Source: Octopus vulgaris | Taxonomy: Eukaryota | Assembly (NCBI GenBank): GCA_951406725.2 | Contig: OX597828.1 | Location: 55,180,001-55,244,000 of the forward strand | Direction of reading: 5' to 3' | Length of the DNA stretch: 64,000 nucleotides | Shown: positions 39,305 to 52,713 of the stretch, piece by piece | How positions within the stretch are numbered: position 1 is the first letter of the stretch | Layout: every line of letters begins with the position of its first letter | Notes under the pieces: model-generated | What the model saw: only the letters and a program-made list of their open reading frames with translations | What the model was told of the DNA's origin: nothing | The model's database searches: none | Translations under genes and position numbers: made by a program

Positions 39305-39775
39305 TGTTGTGTTGTGACCCCACTTCAGTCATGAATGACCCTGGGATTGCACCTAGAAAGTTACCCTCTGAAGCACAAGCATGGGCAAAGTTGTTTACGG
39401 AAGACCAGCAGTCGCCCATGCATACCAGCCTCCCCTCTCCACACCACCGATGTTTTCCAAGAGAAGAGCAAAGGCCGATACAGCTTGGCACCAGTGACGT
39501 CGCAGCTCATTTATTAACGTGTACTCTTAACGTAGTTGTCGGAGAGATTCAGCATGACACGGAGAGTGACAAGGCTGGCCCTTTGAAATACAGGTGCAAC
39601 AGAATCAGGAAGAAACAGTGAGAGAAAGTTGTGGTGAAAGAGTACAGCGGGGTTCACCCCCACTCTCCTGCCGGAGCCTCGTGGAGCTTTAGATGTTTTC
39701 GCTCAAAAAACACTCACAATGCCCGGTCTGGGAGTCGAAACCGCGATCCAACGACCACGAGTCCACTGCTCTAAC
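39305..39775 (-). mobile_element. tRNA-headed element with an RTE-like 5' region (SINE family D)
   Basis: Minus strand GTTAGAGCAGTGGACTCG...GGTTTCGACTCCC (B box), then GCGACGTCACTGGTGCCAAGCTGTATCGGCC. Confidence 0.55.
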
Positions 39776-40295
39776 ATACACATAAAGACAGCAAAAATCC
39801 CCATTGTGTTAAGAGACATAAATAAAAAGTTAAACACATTCATGTTCCTTATAAAGTCACACGTGCCAGTATATGCGTGTGTAGGTATGAGGTGTGTGTG
39901 TGTGTGTGTGTCTTTGAGTGTATAACTATGTGTGCGTAAACTAGATTTCACGCTAGTTTTGTACAGCTGAAGCTGGTTGAACGTGTTACCGGTGTGTCTG
40001 AAATGTGGTCGACTAAACTCAACTACACGAAATATTTAGGCAGGTGTAAGCGAACAACCCCGTCTGTCGGCAAGCAGATTCTATCAACAAACTTTTATTA
40101 TTGCTGCATCACAGAGACTAATTCCTTCTGTCTGTCTCTCATTCTGCATTTTCATAATTTCATTCTGTACATACATACATACATACATACATACATACAT
40201 ACATACATACATACATACATACATACATACATACATACATACATACATACATACATACATACATACATACATACATACATACATACATACATACA

Positions 40296-40386
<91 letters not shown>

Positions 40387-40387
40387 A

Positions 40388-40942
40388 GGTGCAGGCGTGG
40401 CTGTGTGGTAAGAAGCTAGATTCCCAACCACATGGTTCCGGGTTCAGTGCCACTGCGTAGCACCTTGGGCAAATGTCTTCTACTCTATCCTCGGGCCGAT
40501 CAAAGCCTTGTGAGTGGATTTGGTTGACAGAAACTGAAAGAAGCCGTTGTATATATATATATATATATATATATATGTTATATTCTTTTACTTGTTTCAG
40601 TCATTTGACTGCAGCCATGCTGGAGCATCGCCTTTTAGTCGAAGAGATCAACCCCAGTACTTATTCTTTGTAAGCCTGGTACTTATTCTATTCGTCTGTT
40701 TTGCCGAACTGCTTATGTTACGGGGGACGTAAACACACCAACATCGGTTGTCAAGTGATGTTGTTGAGGGATAAACACAGACACAAAGACTCAATGCACA
40801 CATAAAAGGCAGGCTTCTTTCAGATTTTTGTCAGCCCGAGGCTATAATAGAAGGCACTTGACCAAGGTGCCACACAGTGGGACTGAACCAGGAACCTTGT
40901 GGTTTGGAAGTAAGCTTCTTACCACACAGCCACGACTGCACC
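40388..40942. mobile_element. Two family A SINEs in opposite orientation (plus 40388-40550, minus 40580-40942)
   Basis: Heads GGCGTGGCTGTGTGGTAAG and CTTACCACACAGCCAC lie at the outer ends. Confidence 0.85.
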
Positions 40943-41014
40943 TACATATTTATAGAGTCACATTTAAATGACAAACTATTATAATATGACTTTATATAAT
41001 AATAATAAAAATAT

Positions 41015-41437
41015 GGATCTTTTCGGTTTGAACGGCAGTTTTTTAAAATAATTTCTAGGTAACTAAAAAATTTTAAACTTCGTATACTGGTAGAATGTGT
41101 TCATAAAACATCTTTTTCTTTTGGCTTTATTGAGAAAATTCTATAGTTTGTAAGATATTTGTTGTTTTTTTTCTTCAATTTCTGCAATTTCAACCAATCA
41201 AATACCTCTATTGAGGTAAAAAACATTCTGTGCCGTATGAATATGTCCCTCGTTTAAGAAACAGATTAGGTTTATTTACATTTGAGAAGAAAAAATGATA
41301 CCCTTACCCCCATCCCTAACCCTAACCCTAACCCAAAACAGATTGAAATGCAATAGATCGATACTAGGGTCATAATTATGGGTGACAATTTCATATGACA
41401 CCGCTAGAAAAAACTGCCGTTCAAACCAGAAAGATCC
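41015..41437. mobile_element. MITE with GG..CC TIRs and internal telomere-type (CCCTAA)n
   Basis: TIRs GGATCTTTTCGGTTTGAACGGCAGTTTTTT / AAAAAACTGCCGTTCAAACCAGAAAGATCC. Flanks AAAAATAT / AAAAAAAT. (CCCTAA)3 at 41314-41331. Confidence 0.82.
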
Positions 41438-41599
41438 AAAAAAATGAAATCACATCCACTCATAAAACACGCACGCACATCCACTTTTACACATTCATAT
41501 AAACATGTCCGCAAGGTAATCACATGGCATTGAGAATGAATGTTAATAGATTAATATCAAATATCGTTAGTTGTAAATAAATAAAAATCCAGATATCTG

Positions 41600-42402
41600 C
41601 GGAGATGAGATTTGTCGATTACATCGAGCTCAGGACTTGGCTAGTACTTTATTTCATCGACCAGGAAAGGATGACTTGCAAAGGTGAACACGCAGGGATT
41701 TGAAATGTCAACGTGAAAAACCGGAAAATATATAGTAAGGTATTTTTCCGACGCTTAAACGATACTGCCAATCCACGGCCCAAATAACAACAACAAAACT
41801 AAGAAAAAACAATAAATTTGTGGGGAGGGGACTATTCGATTATATCGACCCCACTGTTTCCTTGGTACTTAATTTATCGATCCCGAAGGATGAAGAGCAA
41901 AGTCGACCTCAGCGGAATTTGAACTCAGAACGTAGCGACGGGTGAAATACCTATTTCTTTACTACCTACAAGGGGCTATACATAGAAGGGGACAAACAAG
42001 GACAAACAAACGGATTAAGTCGATTATATCGACCCCAGTGCGTAACTGGTACTTATTTAACCGACCCCGAAAGGATGAAAGGCAAAGTCGACCTCGGCAG
42101 AATTTGAACTCAGAACGTAGCGGCAGACGAAATACCGCTAAGCAATTTGTCCAACGTTTCTGCCAGCTCGCCGCCTTATTATAACAACAACGATAATAAT
42201 AATCCTTTCTATTATAGGCACAAGCCCTGAAATTTTAGGGAAGCGGGGCCAAGTCGATTATTTCAACCTCATTACTCAACTGGTACACATTTTATGGACC
42301 CCGAAAGGAGAGAAGGCAAAGTCGAACTCGGAAAGTAAAGACGAACGAAGTGCCGCAAAGTATTTTGCCCGGCGTGCTAACCGTTCCTACTAGCTAGCTG
42401 CC

Positions 42403-42484
<82 letters not shown>

Positions 42485-42880
42485 AATAATAATAATCCTT
42501 TTTTTACTATATGCACAAGACCTGAAATTTATTTATTTATTTATTTATTTATTTTTGAAGAGATCAGTTGATTACATCAAACCCAGTGCGTAACTTAATT
42601 TATCGACCCCGAAAGGATGAAAGGCAAAGTCGACATCGGAGGAATTGAACTCAGAACGTAGTGACGGGCAAAATACCTATTTTTTTATTACCCACAAGGG
42701 GCTAAACATAGAGGGGACAAACAAGGACAGACAGACGGATTAAGTCGATTACATCGACCCCAGTGCGTAACTGGTACTTAATTTATCGACCCCGAAACTT
42801 TGAAAGACAAAGTCGACCTCGGCGGAATTTGAACTCAGAGCGTAACGGCAGACGAAATACCTATTAAGCATTTCGTCTAG
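41600..42880 (-). mobile_element. Cluster of ~6 head-to-tail or nested family B SINE copies
   Basis: Repeated TCGACCCCGAAAGGATGAAAGGCAAAGTCGACCTCGGC..TTTGAACTCAGA separated by (AAT)/(AAC) tracts. Confidence 0.85.
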
Positions 42881-42941
42881 TTCAATAAATGTAAAAACAC
42901 TGTACACAATGTTTACACGTTTATAAAAGTCTAAATATAAC

Positions 42942-43605
42942 AGGCGTGGCTGTGTGGTAAGTAGCTTGCTTCCCAACCACATGGTTCCGGGTCCAGTCTC
43001 AAAGCATGGCCCCTTGGGCAAGCGTCTTCTACTATAGCTTCGGGTTGACCAAAGCCTTGTGTGTGGATCTGGTAGACGGAAACTGAAAGAAGCCCGTCGT
43101 ATATATGTGTGTGTGTGTATGTGTGTGTGTGCTTGCAGCTCCCTCCCATCACCGCTTGACAACCGGTGTTGGTGTGTTTACGTCTCCGTAAGTTACCGGT
43201 TTGGCAAAAGAACTGATAGAATAAGCACTGGGCTTTAAAAATAAATAAGTCGGTACTACTTGAGAACAGTGGTCCCGGTGCGCGCACTCGCGCTAGCTAG
43301 TCGTGACTAGTCGATCCTACAACGACTCCCTAGCAAAGTAAATAAAACACAAATAAATAATTTTTTTACACAAAATAATTTTTTTAAAACAAAGTAAATA
43401 ACATACTAAAAAACACAAAGTAAGGATCGACTAGTCACGACTAGCTAGCGCTGATGCGTGACTACGCGAGTGCGCGCACCGGGACCACTGTTCTCATGTA
43501 GTACCAATAAGTCCTGGGGTTGTTTTGTTCGAATAAAACCTTTTGAGGCAGTGCTCCAGCTTGGCCGCAGTCAAATGACTGAAACAAGTAAAAGAATAAG
43601 AATAA
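42942..43605 (+). mobile_element. SINE family A interrupted by a MITE
   Basis: The SINE sequence resumes after the TSD at 43506 (AATAAGTCCTGGGG). Confidence 0.85.
43252..43505. mobile_element. 254-bp MITE with GG..CC TIRs and a perfect 8-bp TSD (Merlin-like signature)
   Basis: TIRs GGTACTACTTGAGAACAGTGGTCCCGGTGCGCGCACTCGCG / CGCGAGTGCGCGCACCGGGACCACTGTTCTCATGTAGTACC. AATAAGTC at 43244-43251 and 43506-43513. Confidence 0.92.
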
Positions 43606-43662
43606 CCACAAACACATGTGGTTGTGAGTGTGTGTATGTGTATGTGCAAATCAGTAACTATA

Positions 43663-43706
<44 letters not shown>

Positions 43707-44048
43707 TGACGCCTATAGAATTTACGAAGGACTTACCTTGACAGTGCAGGTATTACATAACAACAATCCAAGCCATTGCCACCAGGCGACATCCGGGAAT
43801 ACAACAACAGACGGCAGCAGAATATGCTGCGGCCTCTTTTCACTGGTGTCTCATTCAACACACAACACCGCTTAAATTCTTCACTGCTAAGTTTCGCTTC
43901 TGTCCAATATATGGCGCGAGCAACTCTTTTTCGACTTTATCACCAACAACTGTACCACCAGCATCGCTACCTCTAACGCCATCACCACTAGCACCACCTA
44001 CACTACCACCACCACCACCACCACCTCTCTCATATATCTAATATCCTA

Positions 44049-44093
<45 letters not shown>

Positions 44094-44504
44094 CTTTCTC
44101 TCTCTCTGTCTCTTTCTTTTTCTCTCTCTGTCTCTTTCTCTCCGTATATATATATATTATATATTTATAAACTATATTCCCTTTCTTCTTTCTCTTTTAA
44201 AGCATCGTTATCAATTAGCAACCACTCCTATTCATACGTGTGCGTGCGCCTGCGTGTATTAATTGAGTGCATACACTCACACACACGCACACACACTCAC
44301 ATACGCACACGCACACGCAAACACATCGTTCTTTCCTTTTCGTTTTCTTTCCTTGGGCCCCTGTCTCCTTTTCTCTCTCTCTTTTAAATCATCATCATCC
44401 TTGAAAAAAATCTGTTGCGCTTACAACCAACTGAATTAGGTTATCTAGGATAAATACAGAATCAGTTGGCTGATCCCCCTTACTGCTGCTGATGCTACTA
44501 ATGC

Positions 44505-44536
<32 letters not shown>

Positions 44537-45224
44537 ATTGTAACGATGGTGGCGGTGGTTGTGAGTATTTTGAGGAAGCTGGTCGGGAGGGTGATTGTGG
44601 GGGGCGTAGTGGTAGTGAAGATGGCGGTGAAGATGTTACGGATGATTCCGATAGTGGTAACAGAGATGATGGCAGTGAAGATTATTATGAGGGTGCTGGT
44701 GATGGTTGTGGTGGTGGTGGTGGCGGTGGTGGTAGCGGTAGTGGTGGTGGTGGAGGTGGTGGAGGTGGTGGTGGTGGTGGTGGTGGTGGTGGTGGTGGTG
44801 ATGGCGGTCTTTCTGTTCCGCTGGCTGTTTTCTAATGCTGATATTACTCCTACTGTTTAACCACATGTCGCTCTCATTCAGCAGAACAGTGACGAAAGAC
44901 ATTCCAGTCGTGACCATTCCGTCTTTCTTTAAAATGTAGCGTGTGATTGGAGATAAATTTGGCTGCTTTTTCTAACGAGTTAAGCGACCCTGTAAGAGCC
45001 CCGTCGTTGCCTCATTGGTGTTGTTGCTGTTATGACTGTCGTCTTTCAGTTGTTTCCGATTCATCCATTGCTGAGGATGGTGATGGAGTGGGAGTTGTAC
45101 TAGTCGCGATGGTGTTGGTGGTGACGGTGACTGTGGTGATGATGATGATGATGGTGGTGGTGATGATGATGATGATGGTGGTGGTGATGGTGATGATGGT
45201 GGTTATGGTGATGATGACAGCAGC

Positions 45225-45412
45225 GTAGCCGTATTTCGTCTACCGTTACGTTCTGGGTTCAAATTCCGCCGAGGTCGACTTTGCCTTTCATCCTTTCGGG
45301 GTCGATAAATTAAGTACCAGTTACGCACTGGGGTCGATGTAATCCACTTAATCCGTTTGTCAGTTCTTGTTTGCCCCCTCTGTGTTTAGCCCCTTGTGGG
45401 TAGTAAAGAAAT
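45225..45412 (+). mobile_element. SINE family B, 5'-truncated
   Basis: Consensus body. Confidence 0.85.
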
Positions 45413-45867
45413 ATATAATTAATAGTGATGATTAAAAGAGAGACAAACAGACACACAGACAGACAGACAGAAAGGAGCGAACGAACGAATGAACGAAGAA
45501 AGCAAGAAAGAACGAAAGAAAAGAAGGAAAGAGGGAAAGAAGAAAGAAAAAAGGTAGGGTGAAAGAAAGGAAGAAAGGAAGGTAGACAGGAAGGAGGAAA
45601 GAAAGAAAGAATTTGGTGTGTGATGAGTGTTCTATGTATTGAGGACAGAGATATTGAAATGGTCAAGCTGACCTCAGGTGAACGATGTTTGCGAGCCGAG
45701 ATCGATTCGCATTTAAATCATACTTCTCTGATGCAAACATGTCTGCATTAACAGGTATGCTCAGCATACATATTAATGCGTACATGTATGCAAACTTTTT
45801 TCCGTACAAAACTAATTCACCATGAAAAAGGTTGCGAAACGGCCGTAACCCTAAGGAAGTCACGTGG

Positions 45868-45922
<55 letters not shown>

Positions 45923-46268
45923 TAAAAAAGGAAAATACGCACACTTACATAGTTTTAATATAATTTTTAATATATCGACCGGTTTCGCTATCGCTATTCA
46001 TGATATTATGTTTTACTTATTTGAATATGTATTTTTTCTTAAGAAGAAATTTTGACCATGTTGTGTGTGATGAAATTCACGAGTGAATGACTTCACAAGT
46101 AGATAAATAAAGAGATATGAGGTGCCTACTCAATGTATGTTGTCTTGTTTCTGCACATTCCCCCAGTACATCATCTGCTACAGACTACATTCCTAACCTA
46201 ACAGTTAACCTGTTGGTTCCTCCTGCATACTGCACAGTTGTTATCCTTACACGAGGGTCTTTCGAATC

Positions 46269-46327
<59 letters not shown>

Positions 46328-46966
46328 TGATCTAATCTGATATCACTATTTCAATCATTGCATAACCGAATTCCAGTTATGTGGAGAATCAGTGACTCCA
46401 TCATAATTAAGATGCTTAATGAAATAATGGAATGGTGGAATAATCATTTATTTCTGCCATGTATATTTTTATTTGCTATAAATCGTGAAATGAAAGACCT
46501 TTCTAAAACGGCTCGAGTGAAAACAATGAACTTTTTTCATCGAATGAAGGTAGAAAAATTGGTAATACAAGAGAAGTCTTTAAACGAGGGACATGGTTGT
46601 ACTCTCGTTAATCTCTGCCCTTTCAAAGAGGTGATGAAAATATCATTTTTCCTCTCCCTTTCAGATCTCATTCACTTTCGTCTTACGTCTTCACTGTGCT
46701 GAGTTGTCGTGGTGAGCATCCTTTGCTATATTTGTATCCCCCTCCTGCTTTTCTCCAGATTATACCGCTTTCGCTATGTCCTTCCAATGTACACTGGACA
46801 GAAATTCTTTCTGCACACACCCATGTATCTGAGGTAGGCATGACTTTTTGGACGCTTTTATACTCGCGTCGGTCCTACAATAAATCTTTAGACTTCCACA
46901 CAGGCAACGCATATAATCAAGCCATCGCAGGCAACGTTCACTGAATATTGAACTAATGGTCTGACA

Positions 46967-47194
46967 TACCTATTTCTTTACTACCCACAAGGGGCTAAAC
47001 ACAGAGAGGACAAACAAGGACAGACAAACGGATTAAGTCGATTATATCGACCCCAGTGCGTAAATGGTACTTATTTAATCGACTCCGAAAGGATGAAAGC
47101 AAAGTCGACCTCGGCGGAATTTGAACTCAGAACGTAACGGCAGACGAAATATGGCTACGCATTTCGCCCGGCGTGCTAACGTTTTTGCCAGCCT
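46967..47194 (-). mobile_element. SINE family B
   Basis: Reverse-complement consensus. Confidence 0.88.
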
Positions 47195-47849
47195 TTGGGT
47201 TGGAAACCCTGACTTCTCAATTACCAAAAGTTTGCAAAGGCACAATTTCATGCCATAGATATCAGTTTCCTTTTCTGCATGACGAGTACCATACAAGAAA
47301 GAAATATTTCATGCTTAAAACGGGAATATTTCTTCGAGATTTATAATGATGTATAAATAATTCAAATATTACAGTGTAAATATGCATACGTAAAATCTAG
47401 CATTAACGTTCTGTATATATAATTGCATAGATAAAACGCGGTCTCAAGAGATGATAGGGTAACCAGTATGAGAGCATTACTTCTTTGTGTCCGCAATGTA
47501 TAATTTTAAAAACCACCGGAATCTACTGAGACCAACCGGAAATTAGAAATTCTGATGTCAATCGTTTTTGCATTACATTGAAAGCATTAAAGTGTTCAGC
47601 CTTAGAAATTATATATTGACGAAATTTAGTGACCTTTAATAATATCCCTCATGGGAACAAATATTTCTTTGATATAAAGGAAATGCGTCTTCGCACAAAA
47701 ATTAATAAAAGGGTCAGTGGAGTAAAAAGAAAATTCAATCAATAATAATAATAGCTATAATATATACGCACCCACGCGCACGTGTGTGTGTTTTACTAGC
47801 ATTATAATTCATTCAAAACTTGTACATTAGGTAAAAATCGAGTGTTTCT

Positions 47850-48316
47850 ACTAGGCTTACAAAGAATAAGTCCTGGGGTCGATTTCCTGTGGGGCGAAAA
47901 GACAAAACCCGTCGACACAACCCGAACCAATTGATCTGGGATTCATACCTAGGTACATAGGGTGGTAAGAAGCTTGCTTCCCAGCCACATGGTTCCTGGT
48001 TCAGTCCCACTGCATGACACCAGAGGAAAGTGTCTTCTACTATAGCCTTGGTCCGACCAAAGCCTTCAGAGTGGATTTGGTAGAAACTGAAAGAAGCCCG
48101 CCGTATATATATATATATATATATGAATATGCTTATCTTAGTGTGTCCTTGTGTCTGCGTTTGCCCCCCCCCTCCCACCATCGCTTGATGTTGGTGTGTT
48201 TAAAATCCCCGTAACTTAGCGGTTCGGCAAAAGATACCGATAAAATAAGTACTAGGCTTACAAAGAATAAGTCCTGGGGTCGATTTCCTGTGAGACGAAA
48301 AGAGAAGACCCCGTCA
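47850..48316 (+). mobile_element. SINE family A with a duplicated 3' junction fragment
   Basis: Body at 47960-48290; 47850-47915 resembles 48251-48316. Confidence 0.75.
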
Positions 48317-48989
48317 AAGGGCGGAGGGTTTCATGAGAGGAGTCAATGGCCATCCAATAATGTGTGTATGTCGAATAGGATCTGAGCAAAAGTCACCCTG
48401 AGGGCTCCCGAATCACCAACCCTCAAAAAGCGATTGAGGGAGTAATCTCCTTAGCTATGGTCTACTGCCTCCTTTGCTTTGCAAAATCTGCAGGATTATG
48501 GTAAATCAAGTCAGACAGCTTAATTCGATTATTGCTACCTGGTGTGTGACACATCGTACACCAATACTGGTAGTACTCTCCAGGTGGAGAGCGTGAGTTT
48601 TGTGAAGCACAAGTAAAGTCCGCTGTAACGAAATTCATAGTCAGAGAGTAGAACGGCGACGAAGTGATAGAGACTGAGACAAGACAGGGGATACCACTGG
48701 AGATTTGCACATCTGGTGTTAAAAGGTAGATGGCCGTCCTGTGAAACGCTTGTGGGCAATTTCAGAGTTTGTGACTTGTTCTTAACTACAAAACAACTTT
48801 TTTCCTGCGCTCTTGAATTTTTCCTCGTCTAGGCTAAAAAAGGCCCTCATTGTTTGTTTCTTTGTTTGTTTTTATTTCTTATACTGTATTTTTTGTATTT
48901 GTTTTTTATTTTGTATTTGTTTTTTATTTGTATTTTTATTTGTATTGTTTTTACGTCCTGTTTTTGTCACATTTTTTCTTTCCTTGTTT

Positions 48990-49591
48990 TTACCCCTCTG
49001 CAAAGGAATTTTATTTAATTCTTTCGCAGGAAGGGCTAGTTCGACGAGTCGTGTTCTGTCTTCGAAACACGCATGGAGTCGAACTAGGGACAGCTGATGA
49101 AGGGGAATTTTCCTTGTGTTGTTTGTCTTGTACTCTGTTCTTCGTTGTTAAAAAAAAGTCCGTTTCTATGTTTGTTTTTACGTTTTCGTTTCTCGTTGAG
49201 TTCTACGTCTATTTGTGGTGTCCTGTGCTCACGTATATATATTTATATATGCATGTATATATACATGTAGATGTAGGTACGTACATATATGTATGTATGT
49301 ATATATTTTTGTTTTTACGTACTTTTGTATTTTTACTCGTGTAGCATCGTCCGTTTTTCCGTCCTTGTTTTGTATACATTCGGGGCTTTCTTCCAAGGAA
49401 TCTAATGCGCTTGGCTTAGATTTTCCTTTGGGGCTGGCCAGGTCGGAGCAATCTCAAGATTAATCATCCAAAATTGCGAAGATGATCCGGTTCTTGACTG
49501 AAGATTGAAGGCTTCGAATGTCCCGTCCGTGTTTTTTGTATCGTCTTCTAAATGTTCCACGTTCTTGTCCCAGTTTGTATTTTTTTACATT

Positions 49592-49626
<35 letters not shown>

Positions 49627-49870
49627 GGAGTAGACGAAGCAAGGGCAGCTGAAGAAGGGGAATATTCTTTGTGTTGTATTTCTTTGTTTTTCCCTTGTTT
49701 GAAAAATGTCCGTTTCCACGGTCTTGTTTTTATGTTTTCGTTCCTCATTGTGTTCAAAGTTTTTTTTAGTGTCCTGTACCTATATATGCATGCATATATA
49801 CATATAGATGTAAGTATGTACATATTTGTATGTATATATGCATATGTTTTATTTATTATTTTCTTACTAT
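48990..49870 (+). mobile_element. Repeated non-coding fragments with a CTGA(T/A)GAAGGGG motif (probable Penelope-like terminal repeats)
   Basis: 49085-49300 resembles 49640-49860. Inverted copy at 50860-51090; related piece at 38730-38785. Confidence 0.5.
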
Positions 49871-50033
49871 ATATATGAGTTTCTGTCTGTTTGTCCCACA
49901 AATCAATTGAGACATCATTTCATTTATAAGCGTGGGTGTTTTGTCCACTTTCACACTTTAACTATGGTGATGATAATGCTGCTAATGGCGTGACCAGAGC
50001 TGAAGTGCCAAAATTTTCAAAGAATCGACATCT

Positions 50034-50081
<48 letters not shown>

Positions 50082-50234
50082 ATTTATCTATCTATCTTTG
50101 TCTTTCTATTTGGCCGGAAATTGTCTTGTGGCGAGAATGGTCAGCGTTCAAGAGAATGACAACCACCACACCATATATATTTATTCATTTATTTATTCAA
50201 GTATGGGCTGTTCTGCACAGTTAAACACAGTCAA

Positions 50235-50289
<55 letters not shown>

Positions 50290-51086
50290 CTCTAATGACT
50301 GTCATAAATAAAAATGAAATAAAATTCTGGGGTCAATTCGTCCAACTAAAATTCTTCGTGGTGATGCCCCAGCATGGCCACAATCTAATGACTGAAACAA
50401 GTAAAAGGTGAAAAGAAAGAAAAGATAAAAGAAAGAAAATGATAAGAGTGGCTGTTTTGTCCACTTTTCACCAGCAGAGTGCAACTCTAAAGAAATGGCG
50501 TCGATATTTTTTATCCGCCTATCTCTCTCTCTCTAACAGAACGCACGCACAAACACATACACACACATACATACACACACATACATACATACACACACAT
50601 GTATACCTATTTTTCTGACTTCGTTCAGATATAACTATACAAATTTCTTTCAGATAAGCAGACAGTGAAGCCATACGGAGACAGATACAAATTCACAGTG
50701 AAACGAGAATCCTCAACACACCAACAGAAAGACAACCACATCAGAGACATTTAGAGTTCATATTAAGAAGGTCAGTGACGGGGACCAAAACCAAACTGCA
50801 TGCCATCAATCAAAATAACACAGAGCAGGAACCAAGATCATATATATGTATATATAATAAATTAATAAATAAAACATATGCATATATATACATACATATA
50901 TGTACTACCTACCTCTACATGTATATATACACGCATATATGAGTACAGGACACCAAAAAAAACGTCGAACACAATGAGAAACGAAAACATAGACACAAAC
51001 CCAAGGAACTGGACATTTTTCTTAAACAACATCAAAAATAGAGTACAGGACAAATAACACAAGGAAAAAACCCCTTCTTCAGTCGC

Positions 51087-51126
<40 letters not shown>

Positions 51127-51128
51127 CA

Positions 51129-51408
51129 CTAGCAGCAGAACCCATCGTTGATCGGGTAATTACTTTTACTGATTATCGGGACCCACATTGAATGTATTAT
51201 CGTATGCATAATTTACTCCTCCAGTATGGGTGCATTTTTAAAAGAGAAAATTATAGGAGTGGCTGTGTGATAAGTAAGTTGCTTACCAACCACATGGTTC
51301 CGGGTTCAGTCCCACTGCGTGGCACCTTGGGCAAGTGTCTTCTACTATAGCCTCGGGCCGACCAAAGCCTTGTGAGTGGATTTGGTAGACGGAAACTGGT
51401 AGACGTCG

Positions 51409-51480
<72 letters not shown>

Positions 51481-52362
51481 TATGTCTGTGTTTATCACCT
51501 CAACATCGCTTGACAACCGATGCTGGTGTGTTCACGTCCCCATAACTTAGCGTAACATACGGAGACAGACACAAATTCACAGTGAAACGAGAATCCTCAA
51601 CACACCAACAGAAAGACAACCACATAACGCCTTGCCCTGCATTCCTGTAATATAGCGTCGGAATTTCAGCAAAAACACTGACACCATTCAGCATCTGTAA
51701 ATTCCTTCCATTGTTTCTTACTGATATTCTCACATTATTTGTACCTTCATTTCACTACAACTTACAGATATTCCTTATCAACAACATTTCTCATTCCCTA
51801 AAGCTATTTTCCTATGTGATATACCTATTTTCCTTGCATTACTATAACATAGCGTCCGAATTTCGTTTCACTATTACTTATTGATGTCTATTATCAAAAA
51901 AAAAGAAAAAATCTCATAAAAAGGACCGTCACAAAACGAACATCAAACAAACGCACAACGTGCATCAGAAAACGACGATGAGACACGGCCATGGATTTGC
52001 AAATCAGCGACAGAAAAGGAAGGTTCGATGTGCATCTGAAACCGAACCTCAACGAAATGCACGACTTGCAACTAGCAAACAAAGAATGGCAGCTCGGTGT
52101 GCAGCAGAAAACGGAGACGAACGACATGCAAGACTTGCAGCTCATCGGCTTCGAAGAGCATCACGTCGTATGCAAGAAACAACACAAGAAACTGCGGCCA
52201 TGCTGGAGCACCGCCTCTAATCGAGCAAATCGACCCCACGACTTATTCGTTGTAAGCTTAGTACTTATTCTATCGGTCACTTTTGCTGAACCGCTAAGTT
52301 AAAGGGACGTAAACACGCCACCATCGGTTATCAAGCGATTTTGGGGGACAAACACAGACACA

Positions 52363-52412
<50 letters not shown>

Positions 52413-52698
52413 TACATATATAATTTTTCAGTTTCCGTCTACCAAAACCACTCACAAGGCTTTGTTCGGCCCGAGGCTATAGTAGAAGACGTTTGCCCAA
52501 GAGGCCACGCAGTGGGGCTGAACCCGGAACCATGTGGCTGGTAAGCAACTCACTTACCACACAGCCACTCCTATAGTTTTCGCTTCTAAAAATGCACCCA
52601 TACTGGAGGAGTAAATTATGCATACGATAATACATTCAATGTGGGTCCCGATAATCAGTAAAAGTAATTACCCGATCAACGATGGGTTCTGCTGCTAG
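51129..52698. mobile_element. Inverted duplication of a Helitron-like 5' end plus SINE A, enclosing a Helitron N-terminal coding remnant
   Basis: 51129-51551 is the reverse complement of 52293-52698. Arms begin CTAGCAGCAGAACCCATCGTTGATCGGG. Confidence 0.7.
51960..52190 (+). pseudogene. Helitron RepHel N-terminal (STPR-like) repeat fragment
   Basis: ASETEPQRNARLATSKQRMAARCAAENGDERHARLAAHRLRRASRRMQETTQE: ~23-aa E.xxxR.ARL repeats. Confidence 0.65.
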
Positions 52699-52713
52699 GG
52701 TATATGTATACAC

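Noticed and set aside
46358-46702. 114-aa ORF as a possible host exon
   Set aside because: No recognisable motif and no convincing splice acceptor.
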